Source: a virus. Taken from it: 64,000 nt of DNA. The notes under the pieces are model-generated. The model was not told the origin of the DNA. It saw only the letters and a program-made list of their open reading frames with translations, and ran no database searches. Position 1 is the stretch's first letter, and each line of letters begins with the position of its first letter. Below, one piece after another: positions 56,692-64,000 of the stretch. The position numbers were made by a program, and so were the translations under genes. Location of the stretch: IMG/VR virus record IMGVR_UViG_3300014012_000001, positions 30,831 through 94,830 of that record. One strand, 5' to 3'.

Positions 56692-56920
56692 TCAGACCAG
56701 GTGTGCCGTTGATCTCGTGACCACTCACCCAGAAGGATTCCGCTTCAGTGATGTACTTACTCACCCGATATGGATAAGGCGCCTGAATACTGACGGCCAA
56801 GACTTTGAGGGCATCGCCCATTTCAGCGTTCACTTTGGTCTTGCCTTTTATGCCCCCTACGTTCTCAGAGACAATGGTGCGGTTTGCATAAACAACGTCG
56901 CCAACTTGATGCAGATTCAT
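56681..56920 (-). CDS. Small hypothetical protein (79 aa)
   Basis: GGAG RBS before MNLHQVG; overlaps the start of the downstream rSAM gene. Confidence 0.6.
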   Translation of the reverse strand: MNLHQVGDVVYANRTIVSENVGGIKGKTKVNAEMGDALKVLAVSIQAPYPYRVSKYITEAESFWVSGHEINGTPGLIEE

Positions 56921-56970
56921 GGTAAACTCCAATGGGTTTTATTATACCATCGTGAATAGACGTAATAAAA

Positions 56971-56996
56971 GACCGCCAGGGTTTCCCCCGACGGTC
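56971..56996 (-). terminator. Probable terminator dividing the cluster into two transcription units
   Basis: Imperfect hairpin GACCG...CGGTC followed on the minus strand by TTTTATT. Confidence 0.55.
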
Positions 56997-57001
56997 TTCG
57001 C

Positions 57002-58000
57002 TTACAGGATTTGATCAAACATAGCCTTTATTTGACATGTCCCCGCAGAGCCCTCAACGAAACTGTGGTGCAAGAAGCACCGTAATCCGCACCGTTGATA
57101 GTACTCACACGAGAAACAGCCGTAGTGGTCCAGGAAACGCTCCTCAGCCGCATTCTTAGCCAGCAGACCTGTCTGTTCGTCCAAGACCGCATCTTTACCC
57201 GCTTCTGACCAACACGTGGTGACGTCGCCGTCCTTGTTGATGATCTTAGTGGACCGACACGTGGTGACGTTTTCCCGATTCTCTTTCCAATCAATCAGCG
57301 GGTACGAATTGGGATGATGGTCGTTCAGGTACAGGTACAGTTTTCCGATCAGGTCCTCTGACGGTTGAAGCCGTTCGTAGTTGGCGCTCGGGATGTAGTG
57401 ATCGAAGTACACCGTGAAGTTGTCACAGAGCCATGTCAGGGGTGTGGTTTCTTTACCCGCCAAGATGGTTTCGATGTTCTGCTTGGTGATTACCACGTTC
57501 ACTGTATCGACGTACTCACGCACCGTATTCAGGTTCTGCATGAACAAAGGATACGAGTCACGGTCGAAACGACCTGCAGGGTCATAAGACGTAGCGATCT
57601 TCACCTTACCGTGGACTTTCAGGCTTTCGACCAACTTCACCACTCGATCCACATTGTGGTAGACCAAGTTCGTCCCCAAGACTACCGTTGCATCATCGTA
57701 GTGTTCGAGAATGCGCCGGCCGATGCCGTAGTAATCGTCGAAGTAGTCGTCAGGGAATTCATCCAAGAACAACTCACCGCCGGTGATGTTTATCACATAC
57801 GGGTGACGAGGGTCGGTGCTCTCAAACAGAGCGTTCACTTTATCCCACATGGCATCTGTACTCATTCCCACTTTGGAGTCGTGGTCTTGATGACAGAAGC
57901 TACAGCGCAGGTTGCAATACTCAAACAGAATCAGGTGTGCTTCTTTGAGCGCCCCTTTTTTACTCGCCAAGAGATCGACAATCGGTATCAGTCCGTCCAC
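57002..58000 (-). CDS. Radical-SAM/SPASM-like protein
   Basis: FEYCNLRCSFCHQ, TGGELF, GTNL; TTCRS...TTCW...CFSCEYYQRCGLRC...C. GTG start with a GGAGG RBS. Confidence 0.9.
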   Translation of the reverse strand: MDGLIPIVDLLASKKGALKEAHLILFEYCNLRCSFCHQDHDSKVGMSTDAMWDKVNALFESTDPRHPYVINITGGELFLDEFPDDYFDDYYGIGRRILEHYDDATVVLGTNLVYHNVDRVVKLVESLKVHGKVKIATSYDPAGRFDRDSYPLFMQNLNTVREYVDTVNVVITKQNIETILAGKETTPLTWLCDNFTVYFDHYIPSANYERLQPSEDLIGKLYLYLNDHHPNSYPLIDWKENRENVTTCRSTKIINKDGDVTTCWSEAGKDAVLDEQTGLLAKNAAEERFLDHYGCFSCEYYQRCGLRCFLHHSFVEGSAGTCQIKAMFDQIL

Positions 58001-59061
58001 GGGACCCCCTCCAAACAACGAGTCATTGTTTCAACGTCTAGGTTAATGGCCCAACGAATCATGTTGTCGTCGAACTTACCTAGGTCCATGTGGCTGATAC
58101 GAACCATCGCTTCACTGTGATCAAAGAACTGGTGCAGTACGTCCATCAGTTCTTCTATTGTGGTGATGTCCTCAAAGCCTCTTTTGTAAACCCCGAGAAC
58201 ACTTTCCACGTATTTGTACACGCTGAAGTCGTTATTGATCTTCAACAGGTCCAACAATTCCTCCATCATGGGGATCAAGAAATCGTCGGGATACATCGTC
58301 TTCAAGGCACTGCTTAAAACAAAGTCGGAGTTGCTCAGGTAGGTGAGGTTGTTAAATGAGTTGAAGATAGATTTCTCCATCAACATGCTGTCCATGTCAC
58401 AACCCAAATAATCCCAGTGTTGATTCTCTGCTGCAGCCCCGGCAAGGTGTCCCAACGACTCGTGTACCACTGTCATGATCACCCGGTTGATGATGACCTT
58501 GAGTCTTGGTACTAAGTCTAGGGTGCTCTCGGTGTACCGTGCTTTGAGCAAGTCCCACTCAAACGACCTACGCGTGTTGTGTCGGCTAAGCAGCTCCTTA
58601 AACAGCTCAACCAAGTGCAGGTCTTCTCGATGGAACGCATCCACAACGTCTTGGTAAAGCACAGCCACAGGTTTCTCTGTAGCCAGTACTTGTCTGTACA
58701 GGTACATGTTCTTGCAATCCACAGCAATCTTCTTGCAGAGGAACAGGTACTTGAATGTTTCCAGATCAACGTTTGGGAGGTGTGCCTTAACGGTCGCTGC
58801 CCACAACCTGATGTAAGTGTCGGTGTCTGCGAAGATGAATATTTTCTTTTCTTCGGAGACCAGCCTTTTGAACAGGATTTCTAAATCTTCTGCGCAGTAG
58901 TCGTCAAGAGATTCGGCATAGGAGTACTGGGTGTACACCTCGGGTTCGAAAGCGTCGGGGATATATTCAAACCCCAACGACTTCGATATGTTCACCCTAT
59001 GAACATTGTTCCGACCGAAGATATCACTCTCTACGTAGATATCGTTCATTAGGTGGTACAT
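57988..59061 (-). CDS. Hypothetical protein within the rSAM cluster
   Basis: 357-aa helical-looking ORF coupled to its neighbours; no family recognised. Confidence 0.75.
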   Translation of the reverse strand: MYHLMNDIYVESDIFGRNNVHRVNISKSLGFEYIPDAFEPEVYTQYSYAESLDDYCAEDLEILFKRLVSEEKKIFIFADTDTYIRLWAATVKAHLPNVDLETFKYLFLCKKIAVDCKNMYLYRQVLATEKPVAVLYQDVVDAFHREDLHLVELFKELLSRHNTRRSFEWDLLKARYTESTLDLVPRLKVIINRVIMTVVHESLGHLAGAAAENQHWDYLGCDMDSMLMEKSIFNSFNNLTYLSNSDFVLSSALKTMYPDDFLIPMMEELLDLLKINNDFSVYKYVESVLGVYKRGFEDITTIEELMDVLHQFFDHSEAMVRISHMDLGKFDDNMIRWAINLDVETMTRCLEGVPWTD

Positions 59062-59063
59062 GA

Positions 59064-59768
59064 CTATTCCTCAAGCATGAGGGTTGACAAGTGACGCTCA
59101 ACCTCTTCACCCAGCTTAGCAAACTCATGATCAATCTCAGGACACACCGCCATGACGAGTGTGTAGAATACGCTGTTGTGGCGCTCACCGATGTACTCGT
59201 AGAGAGACTTGCCAGCGAACATGTGCTTGCTGAAAATGTGCTTGTTGTAGTAGCACACTTTACCCATCCCCAAAAGGATTTCGCAAGCGGGGTGGTCGAT
59301 ACAGTGTACCCAGTTTATACCCATTACAGAATCATCAGCATCCTGTTCGAAATCGTCGGGATTGAACTTCTCCCGATCCAGACAGAATGTAGCATACAGA
59401 GGGAGCATGCAGAGGCGTTTCTCCCACAGGTCGAGCAGTTCGCCATGTTCCTCAAGGAAGGGTTCTGCCTCAAACGGAACAGAACCCGGCAGACCGTTGC
59501 GCAGCATGATCAGGTTCATGATGAAGCTCACCATCAAGGGGAACTTCAACAAGACAGGAGACTTAAGGTACTCTCGAGTCAGCTCAGCCAACTCCTCGTC
59601 GTTAGCCACCACCAGGGAGAAGTCGATGGCAAGGTTGCTCAGGTAAGTGAGAAAGACCGGACCTTTGAACTTGCTATTGTGGTAGTCAATCCGAAATTCT
59701 ACGTCCTCGCTGAACCTGCGCTTAAGGTCTGAGATGGGTACTGGTGCTGTGGTGTCGATGTAGTTCAT
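59064..59768 (-). CDS. Hypothetical protein within the rSAM cluster
   Basis: 234-aa ORF with a GGAG RBS. Confidence 0.75.
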   Translation of the reverse strand: MNYIDTTAPVPISDLKRRFSEDVEFRIDYHNSKFKGPVFLTYLSNLAIDFSLVVANDEELAELTREYLKSPVLLKFPLMVSFIMNLIMLRNGLPGSVPFEAEPFLEEHGELLDLWEKRLCMLPLYATFCLDREKFNPDDFEQDADDSVMGINWVHCIDHPACEILLGMGKVCYYNKHIFSKHMFAGKSLYEYIGERHNSVFYTLVMAVCPEIDHEFAKLGEEVERHLSTLMLEE

Positions 59769-59785
59769 AAGGGGATGCTCCAGAA

Positions 59786-60403
59786 TTACCGCCGACCGCG
59801 GGATGTGTGGCAGTTATCGTGACAGTTTGAATGACAGAACGTACGGGTCAGTACGAGCTTGTTGTTGGTGTTCAACGACACGTACTGATTAAAGAGGTTG
59901 TTGCAGTAGTTGGTGATGGCAGAAGTAATCACCGACGAACCGGCACTAGGTGCACCACCTGCCTGATCCCCAATGGCGTGCATGTAGGGATCGAACCAAC
60001 CCGTTTGGGTAAAGGCTGCGCCAGAAGTGTTGTTGTTGGACCCAGCCGGCTGGTAGGCGTTCGAAGGCACTGACGTGTTGAGGTACGAATACGTAGTGAC
60101 GTTCTGGCGTACGGAGGTACCGGTATTGGCACTGTAGTAGGAGACAAACTGGGTTAAGCGAATTCTCCCCCACTTACGCATGTAGGCAGAGATGGCATTT
60201 ACTAACACAGAGGCATTGATCGGACCTTCTGGAATGTCAGAGGCGGTGAAGTTCTCATAAATGCCCGCAGTGGTACCGCCGAAATAAGCGCTGGTAAAGT
60301 CCGAGAGAAAATAGTTGGTACCATAACCAATGTTACCGTTGAGTCTATTTCTCAGGGCGTTGTTGATTAATGATGCAGCAGTGACTCGAGTGATGGCAGC
60401 CAT
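59786..60403 (-). CDS. Putative modification substrate: structural-type protein with a C-terminal (CHxx)3-RGRR tail
   Basis: G/N/S/T/A-rich body ending in FCHSNCHDNCHTSRGRR*. Confidence 0.7.
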   Translation of the reverse strand: MAAITRVTAASLINNALRNRLNGNIGYGTNYFLSDFTSAYFGGTTAGIYENFTASDIPEGPINASVLVNAISAYMRKWGRIRLTQFVSYYSANTGTSVRQNVTTYSYLNTSVPSNAYQPAGSNNNTSGAAFTQTGWFDPYMHAIGDQAGGAPSAGSSVITSAITNYCNNLFNQYVSLNTNNKLVLTRTFCHSNCHDNCHTSRGRR

Positions 60404-60409
60404 GACATT

Positions 60410-61453
60410 TTACACCTTGATTATAATGGATGGGTCATAAGGATTTGGTTTGTTGGTCAGATAACGTAACGTGTTCTTAAGTCCACCACAACGTTTTCCT
60501 TGCCAAGGCAATCTGTGACAATCCCCACCGCAGATACTAAATACGTCGCAAGTAATACACACCTCGGAGAAATCTAGCTCCTTAGCTATCTCATCGATCC
60601 GACCTTCGGAATAAAGAAACTCTTTAGCCGACTGAGAGATATGGGCGTGTTTTTGCTCACTGGCCACGTTTGGACACCCACCTATTGTGCCGTCTGAATT
60701 GATGGTGGCTATGTTCTGTTCACAATTTCTACAGTTGGTATCTACCTTGACTTGGTTGTTCTCAACCTTATCGATCAGGATGTCAAGGGTTGTAATGGTT
60801 ACTCCGTGGTTATCTTGTCGATACGCCTTCAGGAGTGCCAGATACCAATTGTCTTGGGTTTCGTTGTTGGGGAAGATGTCTGGGTTATAAAAACTATTGC
60901 CCCCCACAGTCAACCGCTCTAGGGCGATTTGATCTACAGGTAGTTTAGACATCTCTTTTAGAAATTCAACTGGGTCAGATTCGACCAGCGACTTACTAAC
61001 AGACACTTTAAGGTTAATGGTGATCCCTGCTGCTTTTAGAAAAGCAAGGTTATCTAACCACAACTGGTATTTACTTTGTGTGTCCCACCGGATGTTGCGG
61101 TCCCAACTGGTCCCAACCCTAGACTCCAGAAAACGCTGGATGAATTTGACCATCCGAGGCTTGATCGTGAAAGTCAGGTTGGAGTTGGCACCCATCGATA
61201 CTAGCGGGTCGCCTTCAAACCGTTCGGCGAAAGACTCCAATAGCTCTATGGGCACCATGAAAGGTTCCCCACCGTGTAACTCGATGTGGGTGTGTGTGTC
61301 GGGATCTACATTGCTGCGGAGGTCTTGAATCCAACCATACACTTGATTTGGGTCAAAGCGGGTCGGGTCCCCATTGCGACCGCTAGTAAAGCAGTGATCG
61401 CAGTTCAGGTTACAGGTACCTGTTGTTTTTACATAGACAGTTTTAAAGCTCAT
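60410..61453 (-). CDS. Radical-SAM/SPASM protein
   Basis: KTTGTCNLNCDHCF, HGGEPF, NSNL; CRNC...GGC...CITCDVFSICGGDC...C. Confidence 0.92.
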   Translation of the reverse strand: MSFKTVYVKTTGTCNLNCDHCFTSGRNGDPTRFDPNQVYGWIQDLRSNVDPDTHTHIELHGGEPFMVPIELLESFAERFEGDPLVSMGANSNLTFTIKPRMVKFIQRFLESRVGTSWDRNIRWDTQSKYQLWLDNLAFLKAAGITINLKVSVSKSLVESDPVEFLKEMSKLPVDQIALERLTVGGNSFYNPDIFPNNETQDNWYLALLKAYRQDNHGVTITTLDILIDKVENNQVKVDTNCRNCEQNIATINSDGTIGGCPNVASEQKHAHISQSAKEFLYSEGRIDEIAKELDFSEVCITCDVFSICGGDCHRLPWQGKRCGGLKNTLRYLTNKPNPYDPSIIIKV

Positions 61454-61944
61454 AGCTTGTCCCTTATCCATTGCTCCAAACCCAGACTAATCATCACTGA
61501 GTAGTGGTGGTTAGTGGCTTTGTGCACGGTATTTGTTGGCATGTAGTGTTCGCACCCGGTTTCGATGGTGACGTGAACGCCATCTATTTCCATGGTTTTC
61601 TTACCGTCCACTACAACTAGCAACACATTGTCTGGGTCAGTATGTGCTTTAAAACTGAATCCCGCTTCTGGTGACACAAAGATGTGGGCCGTAATGGGTC
61701 CGCTGTGCTTGTACTGATTCGCCTTCTCTTGACACCACTGTTTGGTAAAGGTGTTATAGTTCTCGAACCCTTCCAACTTTATCGTGGTGTTCTCGGCCAA
61801 GAGCAAATGGGTATTGTGGGTACAAAGTGGTTCGACATGGTCAGGCCTAGGGATTATCAAAACTAGGTCTTGAGAAATAGCGTAATGAGACGCCAAACAA
61901 CTCTCAATGTACTCTAACGCGTGTTTGCGAATTTCATCAAACAT
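61450..61944 (-). CDS. JmjC/cupin-4 (ROX-like) 2OG-dependent hydroxylase
   Basis: FKAHTDPDNVLLVVVDGKKTM...YMPTNTVHKA gives an HxD...H triad plus the 2OG-binding Lys. Start at MFDEIRK. Confidence 0.75.
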   Translation of the reverse strand: MFDEIRKHALEYIESCLASHYAISQDLVLIIPRPDHVEPLCTHNTHLLLAENTTIKLEGFENYNTFTKQWCQEKANQYKHSGPITAHIFVSPEAGFSFKAHTDPDNVLLVVVDGKKTMEIDGVHVTIETGCEHYMPTNTVHKATNHHYSVMISLGLEQWIRDKL

Positions 61945-61966
61945 TATTATCGAACCACCGTGTTGG

Positions 61967-62785
61967 TTATTTAGCCGCTGCCTTAAGCTCGGCGATCTCT
62001 TCTTTGAGTTCGGCGATCTGGGCTTTGAGGGGTGCAAGTTCTTTTTCCAAGAAACTCACGTGTACTGTGCGCTCGAGGGTGATTGGTGAGAGCAAGCCCT
62101 CTGGCTTCTCGCCGATTTCTACGTCAGGTTCCGAAAGAACACAACCTCGAGTTTCACCGAACAAGGTCAATGTCATGTTCTGGTGGTTAGTCGGGCTTTC
62201 AAACCAGATCTCCCGAATGTTCTCACCGTTTTCTTTACTAACGCGACGGGTATAAAAATTGCCGTTGACGAAACCACTTAGCACGTGGACGACGGATGGT
62301 CGCAATTCCATACCGATGCGCAAATAGGACACGGGGTAGGGGACTGGTCCGCCGGGATGGCCTCCACCCACGATAACCATAACCACATCGTTTCGGCGAA
62401 TGGCGCCCTCACCATGTTCATTTTGGTAGGTTTCGTTGATGCTGGCGATTTTCTTCCAACCGGCCACGTTGTCATTCAGAGCAGCATTAAGGATCTTACT
62501 GCTGGAGCACTCTGTTTGTTTTTTCAGGCTGTCGAAGATCTGGTCGAAGGTCAGACCGTTGAGCGTCTCGGCATCGTTTGGAAGGATTTCTAACTCATGG
62601 AGTTTTCTGATAATCTCGTCTCCAGAAACCCCGTTAATAGATTTGGCTGAAGCGACTTCTACATTGTCACTGATGTAACTTAGCAGCTCTTCAAGCGTCT
62701 TTCCTTCAAGTCTTGATGAGTCGTTGGCTTTTTCAAGACGACCCAGTTTTTTTGCTAACTCGAGGAACAATAATGTCTGATCCAT
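61967..62785 (-). CDS. Tail-fibre-associated protein
   Basis: SSRLEGKT and AETLNGLT motifs match the SKLEGRT/SAKLGG motifs of the fibre genes at 5.5-14.7 kb; C-terminal coiled coil. Confidence 0.55.
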   Translation of the reverse strand: MDQTLLFLELAKKLGRLEKANDSSRLEGKTLEELLSYISDNVEVASAKSINGVSGDEIIRKLHELEILPNDAETLNGLTFDQIFDSLKKQTECSSSKILNAALNDNVAGWKKIASINETYQNEHGEGAIRRNDVVMVIVGGGHPGGPVPYPVSYLRIGMELRPSVVHVLSGFVNGNFYTRRVSKENGENIREIWFESPTNHQNMTLTLFGETRGCVLSEPDVEIGEKPEGLLSPITLERTVHVSFLEKELAPLKAQIAELKEEIAELKAAAK

Positions 62786-62901
62786 GGTATTTCCTTCTCT
62801 ATAAAAGGGTCTATAAAGGCCATTATAAAATTAGAGCCTTTCATATTTAAATACATCACCCTAGGTGGCTAGGAAACCCCAGCCACCTGTAGGTAACGTT
62901 T

Positions 62902-64000
62902 TTACGACCACTGCGCCGGCCAAACGTGACGCCAAGCGCCTGCTGCCCAGATGTAAATGTTGCTACCACTTACGTGAACACTACAGTCAACCCCTGGAGT
63001 ATTCTTAGGTGCGTAACGCTCATCGTGATCGCCCGAGTACAGGTGATCGCGCATCCCTTTCGCAGTCAACAAAGAACCGCTGGAGTTAAGGAGACGGCTG
63101 TCAGTGATCGAGTTGGGGATAGCACTTAGCCCTATCTGCGCTTTCGTCACACCGTGCGGGTTGTCAGACCGCGAGACGTGGGCGTTCAGCGGGTCCACCG
63201 CCAACGACTTGATGGCTTCACCCGTACGCAATGCGGTCATGAACCGGTTACCCGCTGTGGCAGCCACAGCTTCAGCCTGGGTGGCAGTTGGGTAGTTATC
63301 AACACTACTCAATCCAACTTGGGCTTTAGTCACCCCGTGCGGGTTGTCAGACCGCGAGACGTGGGCGTTCAGCGGCACTACTGCTTGGGTGTTAATCGCT
63401 TGAGCTGTACGCAAGGGTGTCATGAACCGGTTGTTTACTGACCCGGCCCGCGCTTCTGCCTCAGTTGAGGTTGCAAAGTCATTTACGCTACCCAACCCGA
63501 CTTGAGCTTTCGTCACACCGTGGGGGTTGTCCACGCGATTGGTGTGTGCTCTTAACGGTGTCAGTGCTTGCGTATCGATCGCCTGAGCGGTCTTCAACGC
63601 CGTCATATACAACGAGTCACTGGTCCCTGCACGCGCTTGCGCTTCACTGGCCACGCCGTAGTTCAACACGCTACCAAGGCCAACCTGAGCCTTAGTCACC
63701 GCATGTGGGTTATCCACCCGTGCAGTGTGAGCATTAAGTGGTTTGAGTGCATGTTCATCGATCGCTTGTTTGACCAGAATCGGCGTGGTGTACAACGAAG
63801 GCGACGTACCAGCGATCATGTCAGCCTGGGAAGCCACGTTGTAGTTAGCCACCAGCCCCAAGCCTACTTGTGCTTTAGTCACTCCGTGCGGATTATCCGT
63901 ACGTGCAATGTGGGCGTTCAAGGGTTTGATGGCATGCTCGTTGATGGCATCACGCACGCGGATTGGGGTGGTGTACAGCGTGTTACTGGTCGCTGCAACC
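62902..64000 (-). CDS. Long tail fibre protein, C-terminal part (begins beyond the window)
   Basis: Tandem 61-aa repeats PLNAH..R.DNPHGVTKAQVGLG.V.NY..A...EA.AG......MT. Confidence 0.85.
   Translation of the reverse strand, partial: VAATSNTLYTTPIRVRDAINEHAIKPLNAHIARTDNPHGVTKAQVGLGLVANYNVASQADMIAGTSPSLYTTPILVKQAIDEHALKPLNAHTARVDNPHAVTKAQVGLGSVLNYGVASEAQARAGTSDSLYMTALKTAQAIDTQALTPLRAHTNRVDNPHGVTKAQVGLGSVNDFATSTEAEARAGSVNNRFMTPLRTAQAINTQAVVPLNAHVSRSDNPHGVTKAQVGLSSVDNYPTATQAEAVAATAGNRFMTALRTGEAIKSLAVDPLNAHVSRSDNPHGVTKAQIGLSAIPNSITDSRLLNSSGSLLTAKGMRDHLYSGDHDERYAPKNTPGVDCSVHVSGSNIYIWAAGAWRHVWPAQWS
63110..64000. repeat. 183-bp coding tandem repeat (about five units in the window)
   Basis: A 41-nt identical block occurs at 63152 and 63335, 183 bp apart; the protein repeat is visible throughout. 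Confidence 0.85.

Noticed and set aside
59786..59840. CHSNCHDNCH as c-type cytochrome haem-binding motifs
   Set aside because: The spacing is CxxxCH with shared cysteines rather than CxxCH, and no signal peptide or cytochrome maturation genes are evident. Not fully excluded.
51541..61453. Radical-SAM genes as QueE (7-deazaguanine DNA modification), NrdG activase or cofactor biosynthesis enzymes
   Set aside because: No queC/queD/folE/dpdA, nrdD or moa/pqq partners are recognisable in the window. The C-terminal Cys clusters fit protein-modifying SPASM-type enzymes better. Partners elsewhere in the genome cannot be excluded.
63110..64000. Repeats as a CRISPR array
   Set aside because: They are in-frame coding repeats with degenerate third positions and no unique spacers; no cas genes are present.

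Overview
A 64-kb segment of a large lytic jumbo phage of the phiKZ-like (nucleus-forming, Chimalliviridae-type) lineage. The assignment rests on recognised sequence features and gene order (DnaB-like helicase, major capsid protein, nvRNAP beta-like subunit, portal, virion proteins, RuvC, lysis genes); no database search was run. From left to right: an SspB-like gene; thymidylate synthase split by a group I intron carrying a GIY-YIG homing endonuclease; a block of duplicated tail-fibre and chaperone genes (5.5-15.3 kb); class Ia ribonucleotide reductase (nrdA/nrdB); a DHH phosphoesterase; DHFR; a ~900-nt ORF-free, heavily base-paired region that looks like a large ncRNA (25.6-26.5 kb); the conserved replication/head/transcription core (26.5-47 kb); and a lysis cassette. 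The standout is a ~12.5-kb minus-strand cluster (49.4-61.9 kb) between fibre-like genes. It encodes seven radical-SAM proteins with C-terminal Cys clusters, three 2OG-Fe(II) oxygenases, one JmjC-like hydroxylase and several unknown proteins. It also encodes a G/N/S/T-rich 205-aa protein ending in CHSNCHDNCHTSRGRR, the likely substrate. This looks like a phage-encoded, RiPP-like post-translational modification system, probably acting on a virion or fibre protein. Product calls come from motif recognition and synteny and need HMM or structure confirmation.
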